A program made the translations under genes and the position numbers. A DNA stretch of 64,000 nucleotides from Octopus vulgaris. Lineage: Eukaryota. The notes beneath the pieces were generated by a model. That model was not told the DNA's origin. It did not search any database and saw only the letters and a list, made by a program, of their open reading frames with translations. The stretch lies in contig OX597820.1 in assembly GCA_951406725.2 (NCBI GenBank), forward strand, positions 82,026,001-82,090,000, given 5' to 3'. This document shows positions 27,358 through 43,605 of the stretch, piece after piece (within the stretch, counting starts at the first letter, position 1; each line of letters starts with the position of its first letter).

Positions 27358-28083
27358 CACCGGCGAAAATATATTTAAGTCCGACGATAAAAGTTCTATT
27401 TCTTACAAAATATTTTGTTACTAACACCATACAAATTATTTATATCTTTTACACCTTATGCAAAATTTATTTCTCTTTCGAATGATGCAAACAATTTTTA
27501 TACAACTTGAATAATTCTAATGCTAAATTAATATATATTTCTTTACTGCCCACAAGGGGCTAAACACAGAGGGGACAAACAAGGACAGACAAACGGATTA
27601 AGTCAATTACATCGACCCCAGTGCGTAACTGGTAATTAATTTATCGACCCTGAAAGGATGAAAGGCAAAGTCGACCTCGGCGGAATTTGAACTCAGAACG
27701 TAATATAAACGTTTCAAATTTAACGGCAAAATTAGTTTAAGACCATGTAATATGTATGCAATTTTTTTGGCCAAAATGGGTGGTCACACAACGAGCCTAA
27801 ATGCACCATATAAAGTTATAATTTAATGTTATTATACAATTTATTAATAATGGGAAAACAACGTAGCCTTAGTCCAGTCACGAGAGCAAAAATCGTATAT
27901 TACAGCAAAAAGTTTCCTTTTCGAACGTCAGCAAGCAACTAAAGTGCAGTAAACCGGCTTGCGTGCAAGCGTGGAAGTTATACTCGGAGACTGGTCAATA
28001 TAAAGATCGCAAAGTACTAGTAACAGAATATTTTGTAAGAAATAGAACTGTTATCATCGGTCTTAAATTTATTTTCGCCAGTG
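27358..28083 (+). mobile_element. Internally deleted Tc1-like element (~65-bp inverted ends) containing a SINE fragment at ~27538-27701
   Basis: CACCGGCGAAAATATATTTAAGTCCGA / TCGGTCTTAAATTTATTTTCGCCAGTG; MGKQRSLSPVTRAKIV...SETGQYKDRK HTH start at 27850. Confidence 0.8.
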
Positions 28084-28330
28084 TGTATATTATATATATA
28101 TAAAGTATATAATACGAGAATTTTAATGGAGATAACCTGCAGTATATAGTACAACATTTTTGTCTCCGTATATGAGCTAAGTATTAATAAAATGTGGTAT
28201 ACGATAAAAATTTCGGATATTTGTCTTAAAACATTCAGACAAGAAAATTCAGATGTAGCACATGAGGTATTATTCCATACGAATATACACATATTTATGT
28301 TAAGAGTTTCATGATAAAAATATAGAAATA

Positions 28331-28896
28331 TTGGATTGTCCGGAAAGTTCGTGCCAATTTATAGTAGCTTATCTTTCGACTTATTTTAGAACATGTTTGA
28401 GTCCATAAAATAGGATTTGACTACACCTCTATTTAGAGCAGAGTTTAAGCTATCTTTTCGTGGAAGAAGGTTTATGTTCCTATAACCTGCGTTAATTCTG
28501 TAACCCTTTAAAATAAAAGATGAGAAAGTTCATTTTCGGCACTTGATGCTTTGGGAACCAGACAAAAATTGCTGTAGTTCGGCTGGGATGTGTTACTCCC
28601 ACCCTCCCTATTCCCCAGATATTGCTCCTTCGGATTTCCACTTATTCAGGTCTCTGCAGAAAAGTCTTAATGGTAAAAAATTTAATTCCTTAGATGACGT
28701 AAAAAGATACCTTGATGGATTCTTTGCCTTGAAACCACCCCAATTCTGGGAAGAGGGTATTTTCAAGGTAAAGGAAAGATGGAGACGTATTGTGCAACGA
28801 AATGGTTCATATTTGGTTCATTAAAAATGTAATGACAAGTATTTAGTGACCTTTACTTTCCTTTAAAAATCGGAACGAACTTTCCGGACAACCCAA
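28331..28896 (+). mobile_element. Internally deleted mariner (566 bp)
   Basis: TIRs TTGGATTGTCCGGAAAGTTCG / CGAACTTTCCGGACAACCCAA with TA TSD; N-terminus KVHFRHLMLWE joined to HPPYSPDIAPSDFHLFRSLQ. Confidence 0.93.
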
Positions 28897-29624
28897 TATA
28901 AACATAACAATGAAATACGAATATAAACATGAAAAATAAAAACCTAAATTGAAAGATGCGATTAAAAGTTTTTTCCTAACCTACAGCCATTTCAGAAAAG
29001 TGGTTGTACAAAGTATTCGAAATTCAACCCTCTTTCCTCAGGGTTCTTTTCTCGAGGTAAAATCCAGCAAAAAGCATTAAAGCACTACATGGTGAGTATT
29101 CAGTTGGTGAAAGTTCAGTTTTTGAGTATCGATGAATAAGTGACAGATTTTCAAGAGGATTACCACGTTTAAATAAGAAATGAAATTCATTGAAAGGTTA
29201 ACTTTAGTTAATCATGTAAATAATAGCCAATGGGAATATTCCACTCTCTACTATAAAAAAATTATTTAAGATTACAGGTTTGTGCATTAGTGTTCATTGG
29301 ATCTAATGATCTAATTGAACTGTATTTTCAAAAAGCTTTTATATTCCAAAAAATTATATTTTAAAGTTTAAGAAAATTATAAGACGCTAAATATGTATGC
29401 TTACAACATACTAAAATGTCTGTAATTTTTTATATAGGTGTGAATAAATGAATTCTTGTGTCCCCTATAACTAATTTTAAAATTAGTAGTACTCCCTATA
29501 TAAATTTTCCTAAGTCCGGAGCGTTAAACTAATAAACCTGTTTGCTGTTTACACACCCGTCTTCGTCTTTTGTTCGTTTCTTTTGTAAATTCCAAATATA
29601 TATGTATGTATGTGTGTGTATACA

Positions 29625-29719
<95 letters not shown>

Positions 29720-29735
29720 ATTTCGCAGACAGGAA

Positions 29736-30644
29736 ATCATGGGCCAGGCTACATCGACCATCCCAAACATACATATTGGAGACCACAGACTACAGGAGGT
29801 GGAGAAGTTTACCTATCTTGGCTCTACCGTCACCTACAACCTATCCCTTCATACTGACCTCAATATACGCATTGGCAAGGCAGCTGCTATGATGGCCCAA
29901 CTCTCCAAACGGGCATGGGACAACAATAAGCTGAACAAGACCACAAAAATTAAGATTTACCAGGCATGTGTACTTAGCACTCTACTGTATGGAAGTGAAA
30001 CTTGGACGCCATACACACTCCATACGACGCCATACGTTGCCTAAATATCTTTCACCTGCGCTGCTCCGGAAAATCCTTCGCATCAAATGGCAGAATCATG
30101 TCCCCAACAAAGATGTCTTCAAGCAAGCAGGAATACCAAGCATGTTTACACTCCTCACCACACAAAGACATATGAGATGGCTTGGACATGTTAGCTGTAT
30201 GGAAGATGGCAGAATCCCCAAGGACATACTCAACGAAGAGCTTGCTAGGGGCACTAGGTTTGTGGGAAGACCGTTCTTACGATACAAGGATGTTTGCAAA
30301 AGGGACATGAATGCCTGCAACATCAATATTGCCAACTGGGAAGCAGTTGCCAGCAACCGTGGATATTGGCGACGTACCGTAAAAGAGGGAACACAAAGGA
30401 GTGACATAGAGGGAGAGCAGAAATGGAAAGACAAGAAAAGACGTCAACAAGAAAGTATGACATTACAACCAGCCAGGCAAAGTCTTCGCTACATTTGCGG
30501 CACCTGCCAGAGGGAGTGTTTGTCCAGAATAGGACTACACAACCACAGCAGGGGATGTATTAGGACATGAAATGTAAAAGCCGGACTAGATTATTTTATG
30601 CGAAACTCCATTGTCTCCCGAGACAAAAAGGATGCCAACAACAA
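29736..30644 (+). mobile_element. 5'-truncated RTE-clade LINE with (CAA)n tail and 25-bp TSD
   Basis: [12 protein letters not shown]...RIGKAA...[18 protein letters not shown]...RWLGHV..MEDGRIPK...CGTCQRECLSRIGLHNH; one frameshift; TSD 29711-29735 / 30645-30669. Confidence 0.95.
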
Positions 30645-32339
30645 TATATATGAATTTCGTAGACAGGAACTGAAACAAATCAATTGTATGTATATGTATA
30701 TATGTAAGTGTATGTGTGTCTCTTTGTGTCTGTGTTTCGCCCTCATCACTGCTTCACAACTGCTGTTCATTTAGTTACATCCACAAAACTTACTGGTTTC
30801 ACAAGAACTAATAGAATAAGTATTAGGCTTATCAACATAAAAAAGCACTAGGCTCTGTCTCATATTTTTGTTTGCCCACTCAGTTGTATCTATCAATTTA
30901 TCTTTGTGTGTGTGTGTGTGTGTATATCTATGTATGTATATATATATATATACATACATATATATACATATATATAGATAGCTATATATAGATATAGATA
31001 TATATACACACATATATATATAACACCCTAATGGGGGCCTTATCTCCCAAATTTTAGTAATTTCTTTTATGATCCAAAACTATGTCAAAAGTATTGAATG
31101 GATCTTTATGAAATTTGGAAATTATATTCTAAGCATAAGGGCCATAACCCCCATGACAGTTCATATATTTTTGCTGTTGGTGAAATTTTAACCATAGATA
31201 TTAGACACAGATGAAGTAATATTTATAAAATTTCATCTTCTTTCAAAGTTAGAAAGACCCCTCCACGGGGACTTAACACCCACAATTTTGTCATTTTATC
31301 TAAGCAAAAACGAATACAGTTGTGCTCTTGGAAGCTGTAGGGTTACCCGAGCATAAAAGTTGGGCATTATTTCTAATTCAATGGTACAACAGTGTAACAG
31401 TTTGCTTTGACATACACTTACATTGTGATTTCTGCAATGTAGTGCATAAATTGTTAAGTAAATTAGAGGCATCTTTGTCTCCACTGATTCAGTTGCAAAG
31501 TGTTGAGTAAAGTTATTTGATTGCAGACCTCCTTTCAGTCTTTTTATTATCACTCGGTCTCACATAGTCCCCACATGGTAACATTGATTACAAGGCCTTC
31601 TCAGATGAGTGACTGGTTATTCAAAGACATTTATAGATTTTAAATTTATTCTGTCCAGTTACGTATCAGTATAGTGGTCATTTGCAAACTCCAGAGGCGA
31701 CACTTTAATTTCTCCTAAGCCCTCACGTCACACAGTTGTTAATGTTGATTTCAGTTGGGTCACGCCCTTCCAATTGCTATAGATTTGTAATGCATCTTAC
31801 GGCTGTGCCTGTCACCTGGATGGTGAGGAATCCTACATTGGGAGTGGTAACGACTAGGGTAGGGTAACTGACTGCTTATTGTGATCATTCGTCTTTTGGT
31901 TTCCATGTGGCACGATTACAATTTTTTAGGGTGTGTAAAGAGGGAAATAACCCTCATCTGCAATTTTGATGAAATTCGAAACAAATATATTCCAGTTTAT
32001 TCAGAAAATTTAACAGAATAGTCTGATTCTTCAATTGAATGTAACCGAGCAACGCCGGGTATCTCTGCTAGTATTTTATAAATAATAAAATAAAAATAAA
32101 AATAATGAAACTAATAAAATAAAACGAAATAAAAGTTTTTTTGCAAAATATGGATGTATATGGTCCATTTTGGTTTATGTATGAGTGTATGTTCAAGTGT
32201 TTATATGTGTGCTTATATGTGTGTACACGTATGCTTACTTCTTAAGTTAATTTACGTGTACGTATGTGTGTATGTGTGTTGGCATAAGGTTATTGAATAC
32301 AAGCATGGATGTCATCGTTTATGCATGAGTGTGTGTGAA

Positions 32340-33105
32340 GCGCGTCCTCTAACCGAACCTAGACAAACAAATGAAAGATCAACTACTGGAATTTTCCAAT
32401 ATCCATCACGAGCAAATCAGAAAGTTTTTTGCTAAACATCCATTTCAGCCACTTGATGATCTGACATATGATGCTCGTCTTTATGAAAGGAAAATTATGA
32501 ATGATTCAGTCCCAAGAAAATGGCTAACTTATAACAAAGAAAATGTGCTTATCTTGTTCATACTGCTTAAACTTTTAGTCTCTCAACACTTGTAATCCAT
32601 CAGCCTTTATACGTGGTTTTAGTGGCTACAGGTGCATTAACCAAAGCTTGACTTTACACGAATCGACAACAATACATGTCAGAAATTCCGAGCAACATAT
32701 CATTGTAATTAGTAATGGCACCTTAGATATTTTTTTGCGGCATCACTAATTAACAGAAACGAAGTATTGAAGCAGAGAAGTATTGTCTTGAGGATTATAG
32801 ACATCATAATGATGCTAAACAAGCAAATGCTTCCGTTTCAAAGTCAAAGAAATGAATCAGCCTACACTCTGGATAATGAGGTTCTGGATCAATTTTCTAT
32901 CCCCAGTGAAGTTGATGGCAAACAATGACACCGTTAAGGCAGCTCACGTTTTTATAGTGTAAAATTATTCTGGACAAAGAATCAAACGATTAGAACAACC
33001 AGAAAAGCCTCAAAGTAAAGGCTGTGGTGGACTTGTTACATACCTAAAGCAACTATTAACATCTTAATCCAAATTGCGAAGAATATGATACGAGAAAGAA
33101 TTAGG
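32340..33105 (+). mobile_element. hAT transposase fragment (ZMYM1-like, TTF zinc finger/DUF4371 region)
   Basis: FFAKHPFQP...VPRKWLTYNKE...AFIRGF...LHEST.IH...RIIDII...RNESAYTL...NFL...GGLVTYL. Confidence 0.8.
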
Positions 33106-33109
33106 CATA

Positions 33110-35020
33110 ACGTTTCTCATCAAGATGTTATTCTATTCAGGTTGATTCAACACAAGATAATTCATCCATCGATCAGTTTAGCATTATTATTCGACATATA
33201 CTTAAAAGTGTTATCTGAGAGCGACTACTTTCCGTTGTGCCAGGTAATGATGGTACAAGACAGGGACCAAATTTTACAACGATGTTACCTGCAAGGATTT
33301 GTTCATCCATAATAAATCCTCCTTCACAGTCAGTGGTAGGGCAGGGTACATAAAAAAGGTGAATTCAACGCATATGCTGAAAATTAGGCCATCATACAAT
33401 TTCAAAGTTATTGGCAATCAATCCTATAATCAAACCATACAGTTGTAAAGCTCTTACGATGTCTTTTTTTTATATCTCAGACAGTACAGCTTGGTTTATC
33501 AGAAGTTGTTCAGAACATCCCCACATTCCCTTCTTTCCAGCGGCCTGATCACCAGTTACAGTGTTGTTGGACTCAAAATGATCCTGAAGGAATTGCTTGA
33601 ATCAGCTTGTATACAGTTTGTACATAATGTTTAGGAAAGCAATGGGCCTGTAGTTTTCAGGCAATTCAGTGGTTTCATTCTTGGCCACGAAATTCGACCG
33701 AAGGAAGCCAATTTGATATGTCAACCTTACCTTCCAAAGTACTTATTAGTGTAAACATATTAGTGGTTCCTATAAAATGTCAGCCTCTTATATTAGTATC
33801 GAATTATTATGTCCCTACCGGGTGCCTTCCCATTATGCAGTTTGCCTACAGCTATGAGGAAATTGATGCTGGCACAGTATTCTCTCTTTACTGCATTTAG
33901 CCACGATGCATTGAGGTTGAGATACCTTTTCTCGTTCCAGATCTCCAACCAGAATGATTCAAGATCTTCCTGAGAAGGAGCTTTCTTAAAGTTAATATTT
34001 TTCTTCCTCCTCTCTCTCTCTCTATACTGTCAATGGGTTAGAAGCAAAATTGTGATTTATACAGACTCGTTCAAAAATTCGTTTGCGGTAGTCAAGATTT
34101 TCGCTCAGAATCCTGAGTTCGGGCTTTGGAGTAATTAATCTCCATTCAAGAGCTTGTTGTGAAGACTCACCATACAATTTTGTTAATTTGTGTATAAGAT
34201 GTGACTGATATGTAAACTCATTGTTCCTCTTACATTTTATTATCGCGGTTAACCATCCAATATTGCAACGTAGATTGTTGATGTTTTCAGAGTTTTGTTT
34301 ATCATCGATATTGTTTCGGTTTAGTACTTTCATTACCATGCACACTGCAGATTTTTCCTAGATGTTCTTTAAAAGTTACAGCACTGTGTATGTGTGGGTA
34401 TTAATTCTCCAGTAATTAATATCACATTATTCCATGTGCTCTCCAGGCGACATCGTCGATAATTTTCAATACTAGAGTTGTTGGATATTTTCTTAATTTT
34501 GTTGAGAATGGCCTGTTACTTAAGAATCATTTTGAAAATTAGAAACGTTTTCTTTGAACAGTGGTTTCAGGATATTTCGAAGTTGAATATATCCTACAGC
34601 TGTCTCTGTTGACTCAGCTACATTTGGAAAGTTAAGAGAATTTAGTGATGGCGGCGGTTTGTTTATATTATTTTTTATCTCTTTTCGCGGCTTTTGGCCA
34701 GTTCTCATTGTTTTGAGAAGATTGGTTTGCATTAGGAGAGCAAGTAGTTTTTCTCTTAAAAAAAAAAAGATACTTGTTGTCGAGGTTGTTTCACCAGAAA
34801 AGGTGCTTAAGTTAGGGTAATACTCGTTTCAGTATTTTTAACCGCTTCGTATATCTGATAGAAGGGTCTGAACGCGCTTTTTCATTGCATCGAAGGAGAT
34901 CATGGTTTAGATGTAGAATCCAAGTAAAAGGAGAGGCATACTCACGTCTTCTTAGATAGCTTACTGGTACAGTAGTGATGTTTTCGTTGGTGGTAGTGTT
35001 GTCAGTTTTAGCCATAATTG
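33110..35020 (-). mobile_element. RLE-type (R4/Dong-like) LINE N-terminal and RT fragment
   Basis: PSQEDLESFWLEIW; PENYRPIAFLNIMYKLYTS; DQAAGKKGMWGCSEQLLIN. Confidence 0.8.
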
Positions 35021-36229
35021 TGTTGGCGAAATATCCACTTGGTAAAAGGTATGTTTTAAAATCCGGTCTGAATATTGCTAACTTGAGAGGTAAAAGGTGT
35101 TTCTCTTATTCATAATGGGAGAAATAAATTAGTAACTAACTTAGACTGGAGGAGTCGGAATAAATGTAAAAGGGAATGTTCAAAAATATTTTTTAAATGG
35201 CTCGCTACGCCTGCACGTCTGATAATGATAACACCTGTATGTATAAGGATGCATGCAAGTGAGTCTCCTTCCCTTAATAGCCTATCTTAATGACTTGTAA
35301 ATCAAGTGTGACAAAGCAAGAGCGACAATAAAGTTATTAAAAAGAGACTCGGAAATACAAATAACGAAATGTACTTAGTTTCTGATTATAAGCTCCTAGA
35401 AAATACATAGGTATTATTTCTAAGAAAAAAAAATTAACTTGAAATATGCAACGAGTCATTGTTAAATGTAGTGGAATTTTTAGAATTTTATTTTAAATAA
35501 AAACAAAAATGGAACTCTGTAAAGCGGATAGATTTTGGTCATCTGTCGTACTACAGAACTGACTACACGCCACTGATTTCCTTTGAAGTGGAACGGTTAC
35601 AGACACAAGTGACAAGTAATTGTTCAAACCTTATTTTACAACTTTATCTTCGAATGTTCGTTTATTTTCCTAAATGTTGAGACAAATCAGGTGATAAGGA
35701 AGGCATGAATGATAAGCCTCTTTATTTTTGATCTTTTTATTTCCATTAGTTTATTTCTGGTATTTTTTTCTTATTTGTATCGCTTTATATTTCCGTCTTG
35801 CTCTTTGTCTTTGGAATGCTAAAAGTAGCATAATCGTGTGGGGACAAAACAGAAAGAAACTAGAGATGATCTAGCACTGCTTTGGACTCTACTCGCCTGA
35901 AGACGAGCATGTATGCAGCTATTGCCGAATCATATTAATGCAATAACATAAGGAACATTCAACAATTACTATCTGGTGCTGAAAGCGCCGAAACGTTTGT
36001 AGTTATTTGAAATAAAACCTGTTCATTCCATCTTCTCTTATTAAAAATTTAACTATCTCGATATGTATGCATGCATGTATATATGTACACACACACACAC
36101 ACACACACATATTCAAACACTCAGAAAATACATTGCTCCGTCGCTATCTAAATATGCATATTTTAAAAAATTATTTATAAGAATTTATATTATATAATAC
36201 TATTCTTTTTCTTTATATGTTGTACCTAT

Positions 36230-36685
36230 AGACGTTGACATTATTGGACGCTTATCCTTCCTATCCACAAATATCTTCAGACACCAAATCATTTATGCCT
36301 GAATTAATATCTGATTCCCTGTCACTAGTTGAAGCTGTGTCCTCAGATGTTGCAACTACAGGCAGTACAGATACTGGAACAATGAAACCAGAAATAGTAC
36401 TGGGACTGAGTTGATTAGTAAAGGAAGCACTTGTATTTCTCTCGACATTCAAAGTAACTCTTCCCTGTTCTTGCAACTTACATGTCACTGCATCATCATC
36501 ATGAGTATTGTTTCTCGCTTCTTGAATATTTGTTGCAGAACTCGACATTGATGTGGATGGTGGTTGTGGTATTACAAAATCATAAAATTTATAATAGACC
36601 TGTACCGTTTGGATGATTCCTGCTTTTCTTCTTCTTGTCCGTCTTTGCGTCTCAGTGATCCAGATTTATGCTTTTTCTTTTCCTA
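36230..36685 (-). mobile_element. Probable hAT transposase N-terminal low-complexity exon
   Basis: KKKHKSGSLRRK..QEEEKQESSKRYRSIINF followed by an S/T-rich tract, typical of hAT N-termini; flanked by plausible splice sites. Confidence 0.5.
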
Positions 36686-37772
36686 ATACAAAAAGTTAAA
36701 ACTTAATTAAAAATACCTCACATTAGGAGAAATGAACACTTACAATTATCTATATATAATTACTAATATATTACTAGGCTTACTAGGACAAATACACTCG
36801 GATAATATATTTTAAAAATAATATTTTAGTTACTGTTTAACCATGTTGGCTGAATGGTTCATATGGCTTAAAACTAGACAAATAGTATTAATCACATTCA
36901 CAATCTTATATTGTCTCATTTTTTATGCAAGAGATATCAAAAACAAAATTTAGAACATTATTTCCTTAGAATTTTTTCTTCAAAAAATGGCATGAATACT
37001 AGCAATAGTTCTTAAAAACCAAATATTTTAACCCTTTGGTATCTGCATTATTTCTGCTCTATATAACTTCGATGTCTACATTTGTTAGTAAAAACTGAAA
37101 ATTTACTTTTCACAGTTTTTCTATTGCAATACCTCTTAATGAGTGCTCTACACATAAATATGTTAGTTAGTTAGTTAATTATACACTATTTCACTATTTC
37201 ACCTCTTGTGCGAAGGAAACCTTAAAATGTAATGATAAAAGGTAAAAATGCAAAGTTTTTGAAAAATGAAATAAAAGTAAAAAAATCGTATGTTATAATA
37301 TTATTACGAATATTCAATTTCATATACATTTCAATAATTGTAAACATTTACAGAAACTTCAGTTGAATAATAAAAATTCCTATAATTTTCATAGAGGTTC
37401 CAGATTACTTCAGCTCAAAATATCAGGAGTTCAACTAGTTCGGTGTTTTATGGAAATGCACTGCATAAAGATCAAATTTATTTATTCAATTTGTTGACGC
37501 AGAATTATAAAACATCTTTACGTACTATTTGATGACACACTTTGTAAAGTACTTGCCAAGGTAATTAACTGTATTTAGGGTATACAGTGTATTGCATAAC
37601 TAAAAATTTTCACTTAGAAATGAATGGTTTAATTATTTGAGAAAATGACATTAATAAAGCAGAAAAATTAGAAACCTTAGCTCAACATGAAAAAAATCTT
37701 TTCATGAGTTAATTTAAAACTAACTCACTCATTCTTACTCAAGTAAAAGCAAATGTGCAATACATCATAGAA

Positions 37773-39657
<1,885 letters not shown>

Positions 39658-39735
39658 CCGTAGAATATAATAGAACTTCTATTATATTCTCATATAATTA
39701 GATGGTCATTAACAGTTTTAACTTATTGTTTAATG

Positions 39736-39916
39736 CAGTGATTTTCAACCTCTTTTATCCGTGGACCCCTTTCATTCATCTTTTATTCTGGTGAATCCCC
39801 ATCAGTATTCGTTGCTGAAGAAATATTTTTGCATTTTTATGATTAAATACTAGGTCTCACTCATCACTACGCTGCCAGTAAAATGCACACGAATATAAAC
39901 AACCAAAATGAATAAC

Positions 39917-39953
<37 letters not shown>

Positions 39954-40975
39954 GTAGATAGACATACAAGCAGACAGGCAGGCAGACAGACAGGCAGATA
40001 TATAGATAGATATACGTGTGATGGACAGCCCCCTTTGTTTATTCCATCCCTTTTCTCCTCTTACATATACATTGTGACATACATACATGCACATATGTGT
40101 ATGTGTGTGTGTGTCTATGTGCGTGTGTGTCCGTATGTGTGTGTGTGTCTATGTATGTTTGTGCACACATACATGTACATCGGGTGAGTGTGTTAGGTTG
40201 TTCTTTTGAATATATTACTGTTTTTATAATAACTAGGTCGTCACCCATCGCTATGCTGCCGGTAAAATACACACACAAACAATCAAAAAATAACTACATG
40301 TATTATTTTATTTATATGCATGTAAATGTAACAGACAAATGTCATGAATGTCATGATCTTTATTTTTAAGTCTGTGTTGCTTTGTCTATGTGTTGTGACA
40401 GAGAGACAGAGGGGAAACAGCTTGTCTTTTATAATATAGATTATAAGGAATCGTAGTAAAAACTTGTTAAAATATCTTGTTGTATAACCAATTTATTGTA
40501 CATAAATCTTAGCAACTAACTAAATTCTATGTTAAATGAATTTTCATTAATAAAATAAGCCATAAATTTAGAATAACATTAATTTTTTTAAAAAAGATAA
40601 TACATTAGAGCTACTTTATTCAATATGAGCTTTGTGATTGATGCTGATCTGCTAGTATTGTAATATTCGACTCTAACGTCGTCAATGATAATCGAACATC
40701 ACCCGTTTGTACAATGTATGAATAGCAAACTAGGGGCACGGCTGAAACCAGACTCAACAAGGTAGGATGAAGGAAATGCAGTAACATAGAACTGTGTTTT
40801 CTCCTAGAGTAATCGGTACCTTTTAGCAATGTCATTGCTTTTCCATAGACTAGGTAACCCCCTCTTTAAATCTTGCTTGAAATATTTCATCACTGCAAAT
40901 TCAATAAGATTCTCCTGCAGACATTTGTCGACTTCAGCAATATTAACTTCAAAAGGAAGTGTCACAATGTGGTGC
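39736..40975 (-). mobile_element. hAT Charlie/Buster-type element 3' end with C-terminal dimerisation region
   Basis: LQENLIE...AFPSSYLVESGFS...GDVRLSLTTLESNITILADQHQSQSSY* (40619-40970); TIR CAGTGATTTTCAACC at 39736. Confidence 0.8.
40233..40440 (-). mobile_element. 208-bp non-autonomous Helitron
   Basis: Minus strand A|TCTATATTATAAAAG...ACCGGCAGCATAGCGATGGGT hairpin, GACGACCTAG|T; second 3' end of the family at 39850. Confidence 0.8.
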
Positions 40976-41232
40976 TTCTATGAAAGCAAAGGTTTTTTTT
41001 TTTGTAGTCCCCTAAAATACTACAGTGGGCTCTCACATATGGACTCTTAATGTATATGGGGGCCCATTTGCCATCGGGAAAACTGACAACCTAGTCAGTC
41101 CGCCACTGTGTATACATACATAAATACTACCACTACTACTACTACTACTGTACATACACACTCACACACATGCACACACACAGACACACAGACACACAGG
41201 CACCCACTCACACACACACACAGGCACACACT

Positions 41233-41275
<43 letters not shown>

Positions 41276-41564
41276 CACACACAATACGTTAAATTACATT
41301 TCGCAGGTCTGCAGCACTGTTTATAGTTATCACCCAGAAGCCATGTTCTGGACAGGCAAATCAGCAAGAATATCAAAATACAAAAGAGAGGTCAATGTTG
41401 GCAGTTATCTGCTTTTCATTCACCTGTCATTCAAACCAAATATTATCGTGCTTCAGTTTTCTTCTCTATATACACACAAACGTACAATACAATCGAAAAC
41501 TTTGCATCCTCTCCATTTTAACTTCAAGCATAAGTACACACACTCACGCACACGCACACATACA

Positions 41565-41599
<35 letters not shown>

Positions 41600-42583
41600 G
41601 TGTTCGGGCACACACATACACACACGCGCGTAGAGCGAAGGAGATAGATATAAATACATTCACACACGCACGTACATGCGCGCACTCACGCATGTATATT
41701 ATACATGGATCCTCTAGGAGTCCAGAAAAGAATGTCTCTACAGCTACGTCCCAGATCTAGAGTTCTGAAAATATTTCCGTATTTGCGGCAATGTGAACTA
41801 TTATAAATAGAGGCAACATCAGATACACCGATAAAAGTAGGTAACAACAAATACAAAATAGGGGAAAATTATATAACAAATAAAATCTGATATATGTTTG
41901 GGGGATGAGTAGAGAAATTTTGAATGTGTTAAGGGTAATAGAAATGGATCTAGTTGTAAAGAGTATCGCGGAGTTTGGGTTGTAAAATAATGGGTTTTAA
42001 AGCATCCACACATCTACGCGCTGTAGCTTCTCCAAGTTTTTTTATTAAGATGAAGTTCCTCGTGTGACTAAACTACAGTCACAACTGCCTATTTTTACAA
42101 TGGCCTTTAAAACCTCTTCTACAATGAGCTATCCTATTAGTTTTAGCTATCCTACTATATTGTTTTCTCTTCAAGGTTTTAGCTAAAATTGCTGATTCTC
42201 GTTTGTTTATTGATCAAAATGTAGATTTTATTCCGTATTCTCAAGCCCCATACAATAATCTCTTATTCTTGAACCCTGTCTTTATGATACTCAACGTAGT
42301 TTTATATTATCGAGTAACTGAGACATTTCCCCCCATCCTATTTCCACGCTGTTATATTTCATTTCTGCTTTAGGATGCTTTTCTTTTTGTGTGTGTGAGT
42401 AATTTTTGCTGTCTTGGTGTCCGACTTAGTTGTTCGTTCATGTCTACAGTTTATACTACGCATACATATAACATATACTGATTTATTCTACACACACACA
42501 CACACACACACAAACACATATACACACACATGTACACACGCACATGTATTTGTATATATGTATGTATGTGTATGTATGTTTAA

Positions 42584-42689
<106 letters not shown>

Positions 42690-43127
42690 GGTTGAGTATT
42701 CACGATATCAGCTATATTTATTACTAAAAATATCAAATCAATAGAAGTCATTTGCACTACTTTCTGTCTATTTGATGGGGATAGCTTTGTCAAAATGTAT
42801 TTTGCCCTTCACCCCCTCTGCCCTTTTGATAAGCTTGTGTACACAGGTGTAGCAAGTTTCAATGGAAGATTATTTTCAAGGCAATTAACCGAACTGTAGG
42901 ATAAGTTACATGCTCTGTCCTTGCCTACATGTATTCCTGTTATCTGAAATCGTAAGATTATGAAAAGTTTTAGACAAAAATTAATACAGCAATTAATTAG
43001 CTCTTTTCTGAGTGAATCTTATGTGTATCTATAGGTGTTTGTGATATAGCTAAACCATCACCTCTCCATTAGCTTATATCTTTTTTAATGGACTTTATTT
43101 TATTTTATTTTTTTTGTGAATTTTGGT

Positions 43128-43307
43128 TCCAGATTCAGTCCCATTGCGTGGCACCTAGAGCACGTGTATTCCACTATAGCTTCGGGTTGACCAAAGCCTT
43201 GTGAGTAGATTTAGTAGACGGAAACTGAAAGACGCCTGTTGTATGTATGTATGTATGTATGTATGCATGTATGTATGTATGTATGTATGTATGTATGTGT
43301 ATATGTG

Positions 43308-43374
<67 letters not shown>

Positions 43375-43605
43375 GTGTTTGTGCCTGTGTTTGTCCCCAC
43401 CGCCATCGCTTGACAACCAATGTTGGTGTGTTTAACATCCCCGTAACTTAACGATTCCGCAAAAGCAACGGATAGCATAATTACTAGGTTTACAAAGAGT
43501 AAGTCATGGGGTCGATTAGTTTGACTAAAACCCCGTAAGGTGGTGCTCCAGCATGGCTACAGTCAAATGACTGAACCAAATAAAAGAAAAAAGGAATAAA
43601 AGAAT
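43128..43605 (+). mobile_element. Family A SINE (head partly lost)
   Basis: Collinear with the reverse complement of 11481-11872. Confidence 0.88.

Larger units (their letters stand above)
25036..32071 (+). mobile_element. Non-autonomous Helitron termini enclosing ~7 kb of nested TEs
   Basis: 5' A|TCTCTATATATATAAAACTG followed by (GTCT)n; 3' CCGAGCAACGCCGGG hairpin, then CTAG|T; similar A-rich flanks on both sides. Pairing of the two ends is inferred. Confidence 0.6.

Noticed and set aside
41307-41390. Exon VCSTVYSYHPEAMFWTGKSARISKYKRE
   Set aside because: Acceptor is plausible but there is no convincing donor and no recognisable homology.
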